Positions 9,134 through 16,814 of a DNA stretch of 32,384 nucleotides are shown piece after piece. A program made the position numbers and the translations under genes. The notes under the pieces are model-generated. The model did not search any database, was not told the DNA's origin, and was given only the letters and a program-made list of their open reading frames with translations. Position 1 is the first letter of the stretch. Every line of letters starts with the position of its first letter. This stretch comes from Selenomonadaceae bacterium (lineage in GTDB: Bacteria; Bacillota; Negativicutes; Selenomonadales; Selenomonadaceae). The stretch spans positions 1-32,384 of the forward strand of contig JAEERZ010000001.1 in assembly GCA_016286075.1 (NCBI GenBank), given 5' to 3'.

Positions 9134-10333
9134 ATGAGTTTCGCCCGAATTGAGGACGCCATTGAGGATATAAAGCAAGGGAAAATGCTGGTGGTGGTCG
9201 ACGACGAAGACAGGGAAAACGAAGGCGACCTGATTGTCGCTGCGGACAAGGTGACGCCGGAGACCATAAATTTCATGGCGACATATGCGAAAGGATTGAT
9301 TTGCACGCCGATGGAGGGGGAGCGTCTCGACGCTCTCGATATCGCGCCGATGGTGGCAAACAATACGGACAATCATGAAACGGCCTTTACCGTTTCTGTG
9401 GACGCCGTCTCGACGGATACGGGAATTTCCGCCTTTGAGCGCTCCCAAACGGTGCGGCTTTTGATCGATCCGGCGGCGAAGCCGTCGAGTTTCCGGCGCC
9501 CCGGTCATGTGTTTCCGCTTCGGGCAGTGCCGGGCGGCGTGCTTCGGCGGGCGGGGCATACGGAGGCCACCGTCGATTTGGCGAAGCTGGCGGGACTGTA
9601 TCCGGCGGGGCTCTGCTGTGAAATCATGGCGGACGACGGCCACATGATGCGAACGCCGCAGCTTCTGGAATTTGCGGAAACGCATGGCCTGAAGATTATT
9701 ACCGTACAGGAATTGATCGCCTATCGGAAACGTACGGAAACGTTTATCCGCCAAATTTCGGATGTGGATTTTCCGAGCAAATACGGCCATTTTCGAATCA
9801 AGGCGTATGAGAGCACCCTGGACGGGAAATGCCATTTGGCGATTGTCAAGGGCGACGTCCGGGGCAAAAAGAATGTGATGGTGCGCGTTCATTCCGAGTG
9901 CCTGACGGGAGACGCGCTCGGCTCCATGCGATGCGACTGCGGCGAGCAGCTTGCGGTGGCAATGCGCCGCGTCGAGGCGGAAGGAACGGGCGTCGTGCTC
10001 TATATGCGGCAGGAGGGGCGCGGCATCGGGCTCGCGAATAAGATGCGCGCTTACGCATTGCAGGACCAAGGCAAAGATACGGTGGAGGCAAACGCGCTGC
10101 TCGGTTTCGCGCCCGACCTTCGGGATTACGGCATCGGCGCACAGATCTTGGCCGATCTCGGGCTCACCAGCATCCGCCTTTTGACGAACAACCCTGCAAA
10201 ACGCGCGGGGCTTGAGGGATACGGTCTCTCCATCGTCGAAAGGCTGCCGCTGGAGATACATTCCAATCCATACAATCATCATTACCTTGAAGTGAAGAAG
10301 AACAAAATGGGACATATTTTACAGGAGGATTGA
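9134..10333 (+). CDS. ribBA: Bifunctional 3,4-dihydroxy-2-butanone-4-phosphate synthase / GTP cyclohydrolase II
   Basis: 399 aa. The DHBP synthase motifs are [11 protein letters not shown] and RAGHTEA. The GTP cyclohydrolase II zinc motif is [19 protein letters not shown]. Confidence 0.95.
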   Translation: MSFARIEDAIEDIKQGKMLVVVDDEDRENEGDLIVAADKVTPETINFMATYAKGLICTPMEGERLDALDIAPMVANNTDNHETAFTVSVDAVSTDTGISAFERSQTVRLLIDPAAKPSSFRRPGHVFPLRAVPGGVLRRAGHTEATVDLAKLAGLYPAGLCCEIMADDGHMMRTPQLLEFAETHGLKIITVQELIAYRKRTETFIRQISDVDFPSKYGHFRIKAYESTLDGKCHLAIVKGDVRGKKNVMVRVHSECLTGDALGSMRCDCGEQLAVAMRRVEAEGTGVVLYMRQEGRGIGLANKMRAYALQDQGKDTVEANALLGFAPDLRDYGIGAQILADLGLTSIRLLTNNPAKRAGLEGYGLSIVERLPLEIHSNPYNHHYLEVKKNKMGHILQED

Positions 10334-10337
10334 GATC

Positions 10338-10805
10338 ATGGCGAACATCATTGAAGGAAACATCACGGCAAAGGGGCTGCGTTTTGCCATCGTCGCGTCG
10401 CGGTTCAACGAATTCATCACGTCGAAGCTGCTGGAGGGGGCGCTGGACATGTTGCGTCGCCACGGCGCTCCGGAGAACGCGGTGGACGTCGTTTGGGTGC
10501 CGGGGGCGTTTGAAATCCCGCTGGCGGCGAAAAAACTTGCGGACTGCGGCAGATACGACGCTGTCATTTGCGTCGGCGCTGTCATCCGGGGCGCGACTTC
10601 GCATTATGATTACGTTTGCAGCGAGGTTTCCAAAGGCGTCGCGCAGGCGGCTCTTTCTACGGGCGTGCCGGTGATTTTCAGCGTCGTCACCACGGAAAAC
10701 ATCGAGCAGGCGGTGGAACGCGCCGGAACGAAAGCGGGCAATAAAGGCGCGGACGGCGCGATGGCGGCGATGGAAATGGCCAATCTTTTGAAGAAGATAG
10801 GCTGA
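10338..10805 (+). CDS. ribH: 6,7-dimethyl-8-ribityllumazine synthase
   Basis: 155 aa containing [23 protein letters not shown] and [12 protein letters not shown], which are canonical RibH sequences. Confidence 0.95.
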   Translation: MANIIEGNITAKGLRFAIVASRFNEFITSKLLEGALDMLRRHGAPENAVDVVWVPGAFEIPLAAKKLADCGRYDAVICVGAVIRGATSHYDYVCSEVSKGVAQAALSTGVPVIFSVVTTENIEQAVERAGTKAGNKGADGAMAAMEMANLLKKIG

Positions 10806-10975
10806 TACGAATCACTGTTAGAAATCTTTGATTTCTTATACCCGCAGGGCACAGGCAGTGATTGCATGAGACGGCATTTGCGCCAACGGCGCAAATGTAG
10901 CCTGCGCAGAAGGCGTATCTTCGTTTAAAAAATATATATTTTTTGTCGAAGATTAGTATGAGGAGGAACGGATCC

Positions 10976-11536
10976 ATGAAAATCGGGATTATCAGCGATA
11001 CGCACGGCTCGGAGGACTGCTGGGCCATGGCCTTTGACAAATATTTCAGCAAGATGGATTTGATCTTCCACGCGGGGGACGTGCTGTATCACGGCCCCCG
11101 AAACCGCATGACGGACGGCTATCGTCCGTCGAAACTCGTTGAAGCGCTGGAGCAATGCCAAGTGCCGATTATCGCGGCGCGGGGAAACTGCGATTCTGAA
11201 GTGGACGCGTCTGTGCTCAGCATACCGCTGGCCTCTCCGTATGCGTTCGCCTTTGTCAACGGAAAGAGGATATTGATTACGCACGGACATTTTACGGAAA
11301 CGCAGGAAGAAAAATCCGAGATGGCCGCGCGATTTAAAGTCGATATTTTTATCAGTGGGCATACCCATGTTTCCATGTTGAAACGTATCGGCGGGACGAT
11401 TTTCTTGAATCCCGGTTCGCCGTCGCTTTCCAAGCGCGAGGACGGTCGCTCGACTGTCGCGCTGATGGACGAGAACGGTATTTCTGTCTGCGATCTGTAT
11501 ACCGGGGAAATTTTGGACAGCCTTTCCATGGAGTAA
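10976..11536 (+). CDS. YfcE/MJ0936-family metallophosphoesterase (phosphodiesterase)
   Basis: The calcineurin-like motifs are MKIGIISDTHG, HAGDV, GNCD, THGH and GHTH. An AGGAGGA RBS lies at 10961-10967 ahead of the ATG at 10976. Confidence 0.8.
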   Translation: MKIGIISDTHGSEDCWAMAFDKYFSKMDLIFHAGDVLYHGPRNRMTDGYRPSKLVEALEQCQVPIIAARGNCDSEVDASVLSIPLASPYAFAFVNGKRILITHGHFTETQEEKSEMAARFKVDIFISGHTHVSMLKRIGGTIFLNPGSPSLSKREDGRSTVALMDENGISVCDLYTGEILDSLSME

Positions 11537-11543
11537 ATGCGTA

Positions 11544-12434
11544 ATGGATCATTTGTGCAAGGCGACGGCGGAGGGCGTTCGCGTTTACGCGGCGGTTACG
11601 ACGGAATTGACACGCGAGGCTGCGGAACGGCATCGCTGCGGAGCGTTGGCGACGGCGGCATTAGGCCGCGTCATGACGGGAGCGTTGCTGATGGCTGCAA
11701 ATTTAAAAAATCGCGAATGCCTAACGGTGAAGTTCCAAGGCGACGGGCCCTTGGGACAGATTGTATCTGACGCTTCCGCCGACGGTGCGGCTCGCGGCTA
11801 CGTCGCGCATCCTGAAGTCGAGTTGCCGTTGACGAACGGCAAATTGTCCGTCGGACAGGGCGTCGGGCGCGGCTTGCTTTCTATCACGCGATTTACGGGG
11901 CTCAAGGAGCCGGTCACGGGCGCCTGCGAGATTTTTTCCGGCGAAATTGCCGAAGATTTGACGCGATATCTGTTCCAGTCGGAGCAGACGCCGTCCAGCG
12001 TCGGGCTCGGCGTGCTCGTCGGCAAAAACGGAGAGACGGAAGCAGCGGGCGGTTTTATCATACAGCCGCTGCCGGACGCTTCGGAAGAAACGTTGTCGCG
12101 GCTTGAACAAACCATTGCGACGCTCCGTCCCGTTTCGACGATGGTCAAAGACGGCCTTTCCGCGTCGGAAATTATCTCCGAAATTTTGTGCGGCTTTTCG
12201 GACGTCCATATCCTTTCGGAAACGAAACTTGCCTTTCGTTGCCAATGCTCGCGTAGCCGTACTGAGGAAATCTTATCGACGCTCCGGGACGAAGACTTGG
12301 CGCAGCTTGCCGAGGACGGACAAGCGGAGGTCTGCTGCGACTTTTGCGGAGAAAAGTATCTGTTCACTAAAGAAGAATTGTTGACGATACGCCAAAAAGC
12401 GAGAAGGGGTGCGTTATGGAACTGCGCAGAATGA
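11544..12434 (+). CDS. hslO: Redox-regulated chaperone Hsp33
   Basis: 296 aa with the C-terminal zinc centre CQCS...CDFCG and an overall Hsp33-like sequence (GRVMTGALLMA, FIIQPLP). Confidence 0.9.
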   Translation: MDHLCKATAEGVRVYAAVTTELTREAAERHRCGALATAALGRVMTGALLMAANLKNRECLTVKFQGDGPLGQIVSDASADGAARGYVAHPEVELPLTNGKLSVGQGVGRGLLSITRFTGLKEPVTGACEIFSGEIAEDLTRYLFQSEQTPSSVGLGVLVGKNGETEAAGGFIIQPLPDASEETLSRLEQTIATLRPVSTMVKDGLSASEIISEILCGFSDVHILSETKLAFRCQCSRSRTEEILSTLRDEDLAQLAEDGQAEVCCDFCGEKYLFTKEELLTIRQKARRGALWNCAE

Positions 12435-13924
12435 TCCAGCGGCAGGACTTGCACGGATGCGTTTTTTGCGGGAACGCGCCCTGTGATTCCGCTTGTCCTC
12501 GTCAGGTCTTCCCCGAAAAACTTTTGCGGAGCGTATGGATGCATAATGAGGTTTGCGCCGCCGCTTCGCTCCCCGAAGGAAATCCCTGCGCCGGGTGCGA
12601 CGCGCCCTGCGAACGCGCCTGCGTGAAGGAGGAAAAGGTGCCGATCCGTCGGTTGATCTCGAAGCTGGCGGAGGAAGTGAAGCCCTGCATCGATAGTGTG
12701 CCGCCCGAGGATGAGTCTGCGCTGGAAACCGATATTTGCGGCGTTCGGTTGGAAAATCCGTTCCTGCTGTCGTCTTCCGTGGTCGCCAGCACTTACGATA
12801 TGTGTGCGAGAGCCTTTGAAGCGGGTTGGGCGGGCGCGACGTTCAAGACAATCTGCGCATTCGACATTCATGAAGCGTCGCCGCGCTATTCCGCCATCAA
12901 GGGCGAGGGCGGCGCGATTATCGGCTTCAAGAACATTGAGCAGCTTTCGGTTCACAGCGTGCCGGAGAATCTGGCGACGTTCCGCAGGCTGAAGAAGGAG
13001 TACCCGAACAAGGTAATCGTCGCCTCATTGATGGGGCGGGATGATGCGGAATGGACGGATTTGGCGCGTCAGTGCGAGGAAAACGGTGCGGACGTCATCG
13101 AGCTGAATTTTTCCTGCCCGAATATGATGGACGAGGTGCTTGGCTCGGCCATCGGCCAGAATCCCGAGCTTGTTGAGCGGTTCACCGCCGCAGCGCGTCG
13201 CGGCGCGAAGATTCCGATCATAGCAAAGCTGACGCCGAACGTGGAAGCCATGAGCCCGGCGGCGGAGGCGGCTATGCGCAGCGGGGCGAGCGGCGTCTCC
13301 GCCATCAATACGATCAAGAGCATCATGGTAATCAATCCGCACACCTATATTTCCTCTCCGGCGGTGCATGGCATGTCCGCCGTGGGCGGGTACAGCGGCA
13401 ACGTTGTCCGCCCGATCGCGTTGCGGTTCATCGCCGAAATGGGGCGCAATCCTGCGCTGTCCGGCATGTATATCAGCGGCATGGGCGGCGTGGAGACATG
13501 GGTGGACGCGCTGGAGTTCCTTTTGATGGGAGCCGGTTCCATACAGATTACCACGGCGGTGATGCAGTACGGATATCGGATTATCGACGATCTGAAATCG
13601 GGGTTGAATTATTATCTGAAGGAAAAGGGAATCAAAAACGTGCGGGAACTCGTCGGCGAGGGACTGGAATTCGTCAGCGAATCGACGGACGCGCTGGAGC
13701 GGGACACGATCGTTTATCCGAAATTTGACAGAAGCGCCTGCATCGGCTGTGGGCGGTGCGAGATTTCCTGCGCCGACGGCGGGCATCAGGCGATTCGCTT
13801 GAACGAAAATCGTCGCCCGGTTCTCGACCCGAAGCGCTGCGTGGGCTGTCATCTTTGCGTGCTGGTTTGTCCGATGGAGGCAATCCTTTCGTCGGGAAAG
13901 CGTGTGGCGAAAGTGATTGAGTGA
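12416..13924 (+). CDS. PreA-like dihydropyrimidine/dihydroorotate dehydrogenase-family flavoenzyme with an extra N-terminal Cys-cluster domain and a C-terminal 2x[4Fe-4S] ferredoxin domain
   Basis: The core aligns with E. coli PreA as I recall it (ENPFLLSSS, FKNIEQ, NFSCPN, SAINT, GGYSG, ISGMGGV). The C-terminal motifs are CIGCGRCEISC and CVGCHLCVLVCP. The N-terminal ~95 aa carry CVFCGNAPCDSACP and CAGCDAPCERAC. The ATG at 12416 has an AAGGGG RBS and overlaps hslO by 19 nt. ATG 12431 is an alternative start. Confidence 0.85.
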   Translation: MELRRMIQRQDLHGCVFCGNAPCDSACPRQVFPEKLLRSVWMHNEVCAAASLPEGNPCAGCDAPCERACVKEEKVPIRRLISKLAEEVKPCIDSVPPEDESALETDICGVRLENPFLLSSSVVASTYDMCARAFEAGWAGATFKTICAFDIHEASPRYSAIKGEGGAIIGFKNIEQLSVHSVPENLATFRRLKKEYPNKVIVASLMGRDDAEWTDLARQCEENGADVIELNFSCPNMMDEVLGSAIGQNPELVERFTAAARRGAKIPIIAKLTPNVEAMSPAAEAAMRSGASGVSAINTIKSIMVINPHTYISSPAVHGMSAVGGYSGNVVRPIALRFIAEMGRNPALSGMYISGMGGVETWVDALEFLLMGAGSIQITTAVMQYGYRIIDDLKSGLNYYLKEKGIKNVRELVGEGLEFVSESTDALERDTIVYPKFDRSACIGCGRCEISCADGGHQAIRLNENRRPVLDPKRCVGCHLCVLVCPMEAILSSGKRVAKVIE

Positions 13925-13957
13925 CAAAAGTGATATAGAGATTTTGGGATAAAAAAT

Positions 13958-13991
13958 AAGCGTCGTGAAGTTGATTACCTTCACGGCGCTT
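13958..13991. terminator. Bidirectional terminator between the convergent PreA-like gene and rpmB
   Basis: A 13-bp stem forms between AAGCGTCGTGAAG (13958-13970) and CTTCACGGCGCTT (13979-13991), with one G-U pair. An A-tract lies upstream and a T-rich tract downstream. Confidence 0.65.
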
Positions 13992-14016
13992 ACTTTTGCT
14001 CTTGTTTATTATCCGA

Positions 14017-14208
14017 TTAAATTGCGCGCTGGACTTTCCCGGAGCGCAGGCAACGCGTGCAGACATTGACGCGCTTCACCTCGCCGTCCACAATGGCGCG
14101 CACGCGCTGGATATTCGGATACCAGCGGCGTTTCGTCTTCAAGTGGGAATGCGCGACGTTCATGCCGCTCATCGGCCCCTTGTTGCAAATCTCACAAACA
14201 TGTGCCAT
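14017..14208 (-). CDS. rpmB: 50S ribosomal protein L28
   Basis: 63 aa, MAHVCEICNKGPMSGMNVAHSHLKTKRRWYPNIQ, a canonical L28. An AGGAGG RBS is present on the minus strand. Confidence 0.95.
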   Translation of the reverse strand: MAHVCEICNKGPMSGMNVAHSHLKTKRRWYPNIQRVRAIVDGEVKRVNVCTRCLRSGKVQRAI

Positions 14209-14271
14209 CTATGATACACCTCCTTGCACGCAGATGAATAATCTTTCAAAATAACACCGCTATCTTACCAC

Positions 14272-14300
14272 AGCGATGCGACGATTGCAAGCTTTTTCCG
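14272..14300 (-). promoter_or_regulatory. Putative sigma-A promoter for rpmB
   Basis: The minus strand reads TTGCAA (14300-14295), a 17-nt spacer, then TAAGAT (14277-14272) preceded by TGg. Confidence 0.45.
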
Positions 14301-14343
14301 CAAAACGTCTCCGAGATGGGGAAAGACTTGTCCGGTTGTTACT

Positions 14344-15966
14344 TTATGGCTGTCGGAACAGGTCGCGGTGCGCGTTGATCAGCTCCGCCATCAGCATTTT
14401 GCCCGGGATGTCCGGGTGCAGGCCGTCAGTGCCCAGCACCGGATCGAGTTTTGTTTTCGTGTTGTCGTAGAAATACGGCTCTAAATCAATGTAATATTCC
14501 TGTTTTCGGATATACGCGTTGATTTTTGAAAGCTTGCTGCGCCAATCGCCGTAGGTTTCCGTCCGAAAAGCCGTGTAGATGTTTTCCGGGTGGATGGGCA
14601 TCAGCGTCAGGAAAATCGGGCGAATGTCGTTGGCGATACATTTATCCCGAATCGTCGCCAGATCGTTGATGATTTCCTCCGCCGGACGGTCGGAGCGCAA
14701 ATCGTTGGAGCCTGTCATAACGATCAGGTTATACGGATGATAGGGGAGAACGTCTTCCTCAAAACGAAGAGCCGTTTCCTTTGATCTGTCGCCGCTTCGA
14801 CCGAGGTTCAGTGCCGGAAAATCGAGGTATGTCATGTAATCGTATTCGCGATTCGCCGGTGAATAGGAGAGTGCGCCGCCGCCGTGGGTAATGCTGTCGC
14901 CAAAAGCTGCCGCATATGGGCGATTCACGGTTTCCGGGACGTGGAACGTCGCGGTTTCCGAATAGCGTCCGATGGTATTTCCGTTTGCGTCGATGGCGCG
15001 TACGCGCCAATAATAATCTCCCGGATCGGAACGGGAATATTCGTCGTAGCAGCTGAAGGAATCGTCTGCAATATGGTACCATTCGCGGTCGGGCGGCGGC
15101 GTTTTATCGTATTTTGCATCCGGGGGCGAATAGAGAAGCTCGACTTCGTAGCGAATGATGCCGTTCAGCGGAATCCATTGATAGACCGGATAAAGCAGCG
15201 GATAGTTGTCCGGCATGTCCATGAAGGTATTGATTAAAGGCGCGTCGGGAATAGGCGTCGACGGGTTGATGATGATTTTTTCGGTTTCAGAAAATTCTCC
15301 GATGGGCTTCTTTTCCAACGTCAGGGCTCGAACGCGCCAATAGAGTTCCTGTCGGTTTTTCCAGTCCGTGAGGTCGGCTTGCCACCCGTTCGTATAGACG
15401 CGCTGGGTGCTGAACAGATGATTTTTGTTCGAGAGCGCGACGCCGCCTTCCTTTTCCGGCGGCGCGGAGAGAATCTCCACTTCATAGCAGACGGCTCCGG
15501 GAACCGGATGCCAAGCGAAAAAAGGTTTAAGACTCGCCGGGGCGTCCTCCGTGTACTTCAGGATGATATCCGGCTTGTAAGGTTGGGCATAAGCCGGGTG
15601 GACAGTTGGCGTAAGGGAACCGGCAAGCTTGCCGAATATGCCGTAGGCCGATATTTGGTAAAACATCGGAACGGAGGTGGGAGGAACCTGAAAAGTCGCT
15701 TCTTTCGTTGAGCCTGAAGCGATGCGGCGAAGTTTCGGAACGCCGTTCGTCAGCCGCCCGGTGGTTTCAAAAAAACAATCGACTTCGTAACGACAGGGAT
15801 AAGGCAGCGAGTTCCAGTGCATTGTCACGGAGCCGTTGCGGTCTTCCGTGAAATACACGTCGAAATTGGCGTCAGCCAGCGGAAGCAGACCCGTGCGTTC
15901 CGTCAGGTAGAGCCAAATCGTTGAAAATCCCCCGATTAATAGTACGAAAAGAACAAATTTCTTCAT
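14344..15966 (-). CDS. Membrane-anchored or secreted protein with three FN3-like repeat modules and a C-terminal SGNH/GDSL hydrolase domain
   Basis: The start MKKFVLFVLLIGGFSTIWLYL (ATG at 15966, GGGAG RBS) is a signal-anchor sequence. The last ~190 aa carry all SGNH blocks: FGDSITHGG, LGRSGD, GSND and DGLHP. The track start at 16026 adds 20 non-hydrophobic residues and overlaps the likely promoter. Confidence 0.8.
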   Translation of the reverse strand: MKKFVLFVLLIGGFSTIWLYLTERTGLLPLADANFDVYFTEDRNGSVTMHWNSLPYPCRYEVDCFFETTGRLTNGVPKLRRIASGSTKEATFQVPPTSVPMFYQISAYGIFGKLAGSLTPTVHPAYAQPYKPDIILKYTEDAPASLKPFFAWHPVPGAVCYEVEILSAPPEKEGGVALSNKNHLFSTQRVYTNGWQADLTDWKNRQELYWRVRALTLEKKPIGEFSETEKIIINPSTPIPDAPLINTFMDMPDNYPLLYPVYQWIPLNGIIRYEVELLYSPPDAKYDKTPPPDREWYHIADDSFSCYDEYSRSDPGDYYWRVRAIDANGNTIGRYSETATFHVPETVNRPYAAAFGDSITHGGGALSYSPANREYDYMTYLDFPALNLGRSGDRSKETALRFEEDVLPYHPYNLIVMTGSNDLRSDRPAEEIINDLATIRDKCIANDIRPIFLTLMPIHPENIYTAFRTETYGDWRSKLSKINAYIRKQEYYIDLEPYFYDNTKTKLDPVLGTDGLHPDIPGKMLMAELINAHRDLFRQP

Positions 15967-16012
15967 ATCTGCTCCCAAAGAAAACGCTGAAATATTAGAA
16001 TGGTATCTATAA

Positions 16013-16041
16013 ATAATATTACACATCTAAGGGATTGTAAA
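16013..16041 (-). promoter_or_regulatory. Putative promoter of the SGNH-hydrolase gene
   Basis: The minus strand reads TTTACA (16041-16036), a 17-nt spacer, then TATTAT (16018-16013). Confidence 0.35.
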
Positions 16042-16059
16042 GAAAAGGATGAGGCGGTT

Positions 16060-16677
16060 CTAAAAAAGCAGAAGCAGGGCAATGCCGAGCAGCACAACGC
16101 CTTGGGCGATGTTTAAAGCGCGGCCGATTCCTTTTTTTCGGAATAAAATTCGGCGAAGACGTCCGGCGCAGACGGCGACGGCGGAAAAAATCAAGAAGGC
16201 TTGTACGGCGAACAGGAAGCCAAGCAAGGCAATCTGTTTTCCGGCGTTTCCGTCCTCTGTCGATACGAACTGCGGCAGGAAGGCAAGAAAGAAGAGAAGC
16301 ACTTTCGGATTCAGCACGTTCATCAAAACGCCGCGCCGATAGAGGGAGAGAAGATTTTTCGACGCGTCGTCCGTGCTGCCGATGCGGAGCTCGCTTTTGT
16401 CACGGAACGCGCCCCAAGCGAGATAGAGGAGATAGACGGCGCCGCCGTATTTGAGGGCGGAAAGCGCGGCGGGGGAGCTTTGGATCAGCGCCGCCACGCC
16501 GAAGATGACGAGACCGGTGTGGAAGACGACGCCGCTGGAAAGGCCTCCCGCCAGCGCGACGCCGCTTTTCGCGCCGTCGGACAGACTTTTCGCCAGCAAG
16601 TACATGACGTCCGGTCCCGGCGCAAGGGTAAGCAGCGCGGAAGTCAGCAAAAAATAAGAAAGCGTTGCCGTGTTCAT
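16060..16677 (-). CDS. LysE/RhtB-family amino-acid exporter
   Basis: 205 aa with about six TM segments. The N-terminal signature TLAPGPDVMYLL is typical of the LysE/RhtB family. Confidence 0.85.
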   Translation of the reverse strand: MNTATLSYFLLTSALLTLAPGPDVMYLLAKSLSDGAKSGVALAGGLSSGVVFHTGLVIFGVAALIQSSPAALSALKYGGAVYLLYLAWGAFRDKSELRIGSTDDASKNLLSLYRRGVLMNVLNPKVLLFFLAFLPQFVSTEDGNAGKQIALLGFLFAVQAFLIFSAVAVCAGRLRRILFRKKGIGRALNIAQGVVLLGIALLLLF

Positions 16678-16730
16678 CCGATGATTTTCTCCAATCCAGA
16701 TCGCAAATTTAATCGGCTGATTTCATATAG

Positions 16731-16793
16731 AAAATTTTTGGAGTAGGAAAGTAGGAAAGTAGGATTTTCCTACTTTCCTACTCCAAAAATTTT
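16731..16793 (-). terminator. Long perfect inverted repeat, probably the nadE terminator (bidirectional architecture)
   Basis: The 26-nt arms AAAATTTTTGGAGTAGGAAAGTAGGA (16731-16756) and TCCTACTTTCCTACTCCAAAAATTTT (16768-16793) are exact reverse complements. The repeat lies 22 nt downstream of the nadE stop. Its A/T tracts give a U-tail in either direction. Confidence 0.7.
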
Positions 16794-16814
16794 GAAAGGC
16801 CGTTTGAGCAGGAT

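Noticed and set aside
9071-10315. A 414-aa minus-strand ORF, plus similar ones at 11798-12955, 13025-13984, 6146-7009, 7324-7920, 344-1030 and 795-1598.
   Set aside because: All are antisense to strongly supported genes (ribBA, hslO/preA-like, preA-like, rplS/lepB, ribD, minD/minE/rodA). They have biased Arg-rich composition. None has a convincing start context.
10840-10910. A possible c-di-GMP (GEMM-I-like) riboswitch, suggested by GCAGGGCA and GCGCAAAxxxAGCC strings ahead of a phosphodiesterase gene.
   Set aside because: The resemblance is limited to short strings and I could not reconstruct the two-hairpin tetraloop/receptor architecture. The downstream enzyme is a YfcE-type metallophosphoesterase, not an EAL/HD-GYP protein. 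I keep it only as an unclassified structured element.
10866-10928. A 20-aa arginine-rich mini-ORF (MRRHLRQRRKCSLRRRRIFV) in the ribH-downstream spacer.
   Set aside because: It has no Shine-Dalgarno sequence. It coincides with the GC-rich hairpin, whose palindromic sequence accounts for the Arg codons. RNA structure is the simpler explanation.
16201-16746. A 181-aa plus-strand ORF, plus other short plus-strand ORFs over 16082-16657.
   Set aside because: They are antisense to the LysE-family transporter, whose hydrophobic six-TM profile and family signature make it the real gene.
16742-16764. The tandem GTAGGAAA repeats as a possible CRISPR or minisatellite.
   Set aside because: There are only about three 8-nt units with no spacers. 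They are part of one arm of a hairpin and far too short for a CRISPR array.
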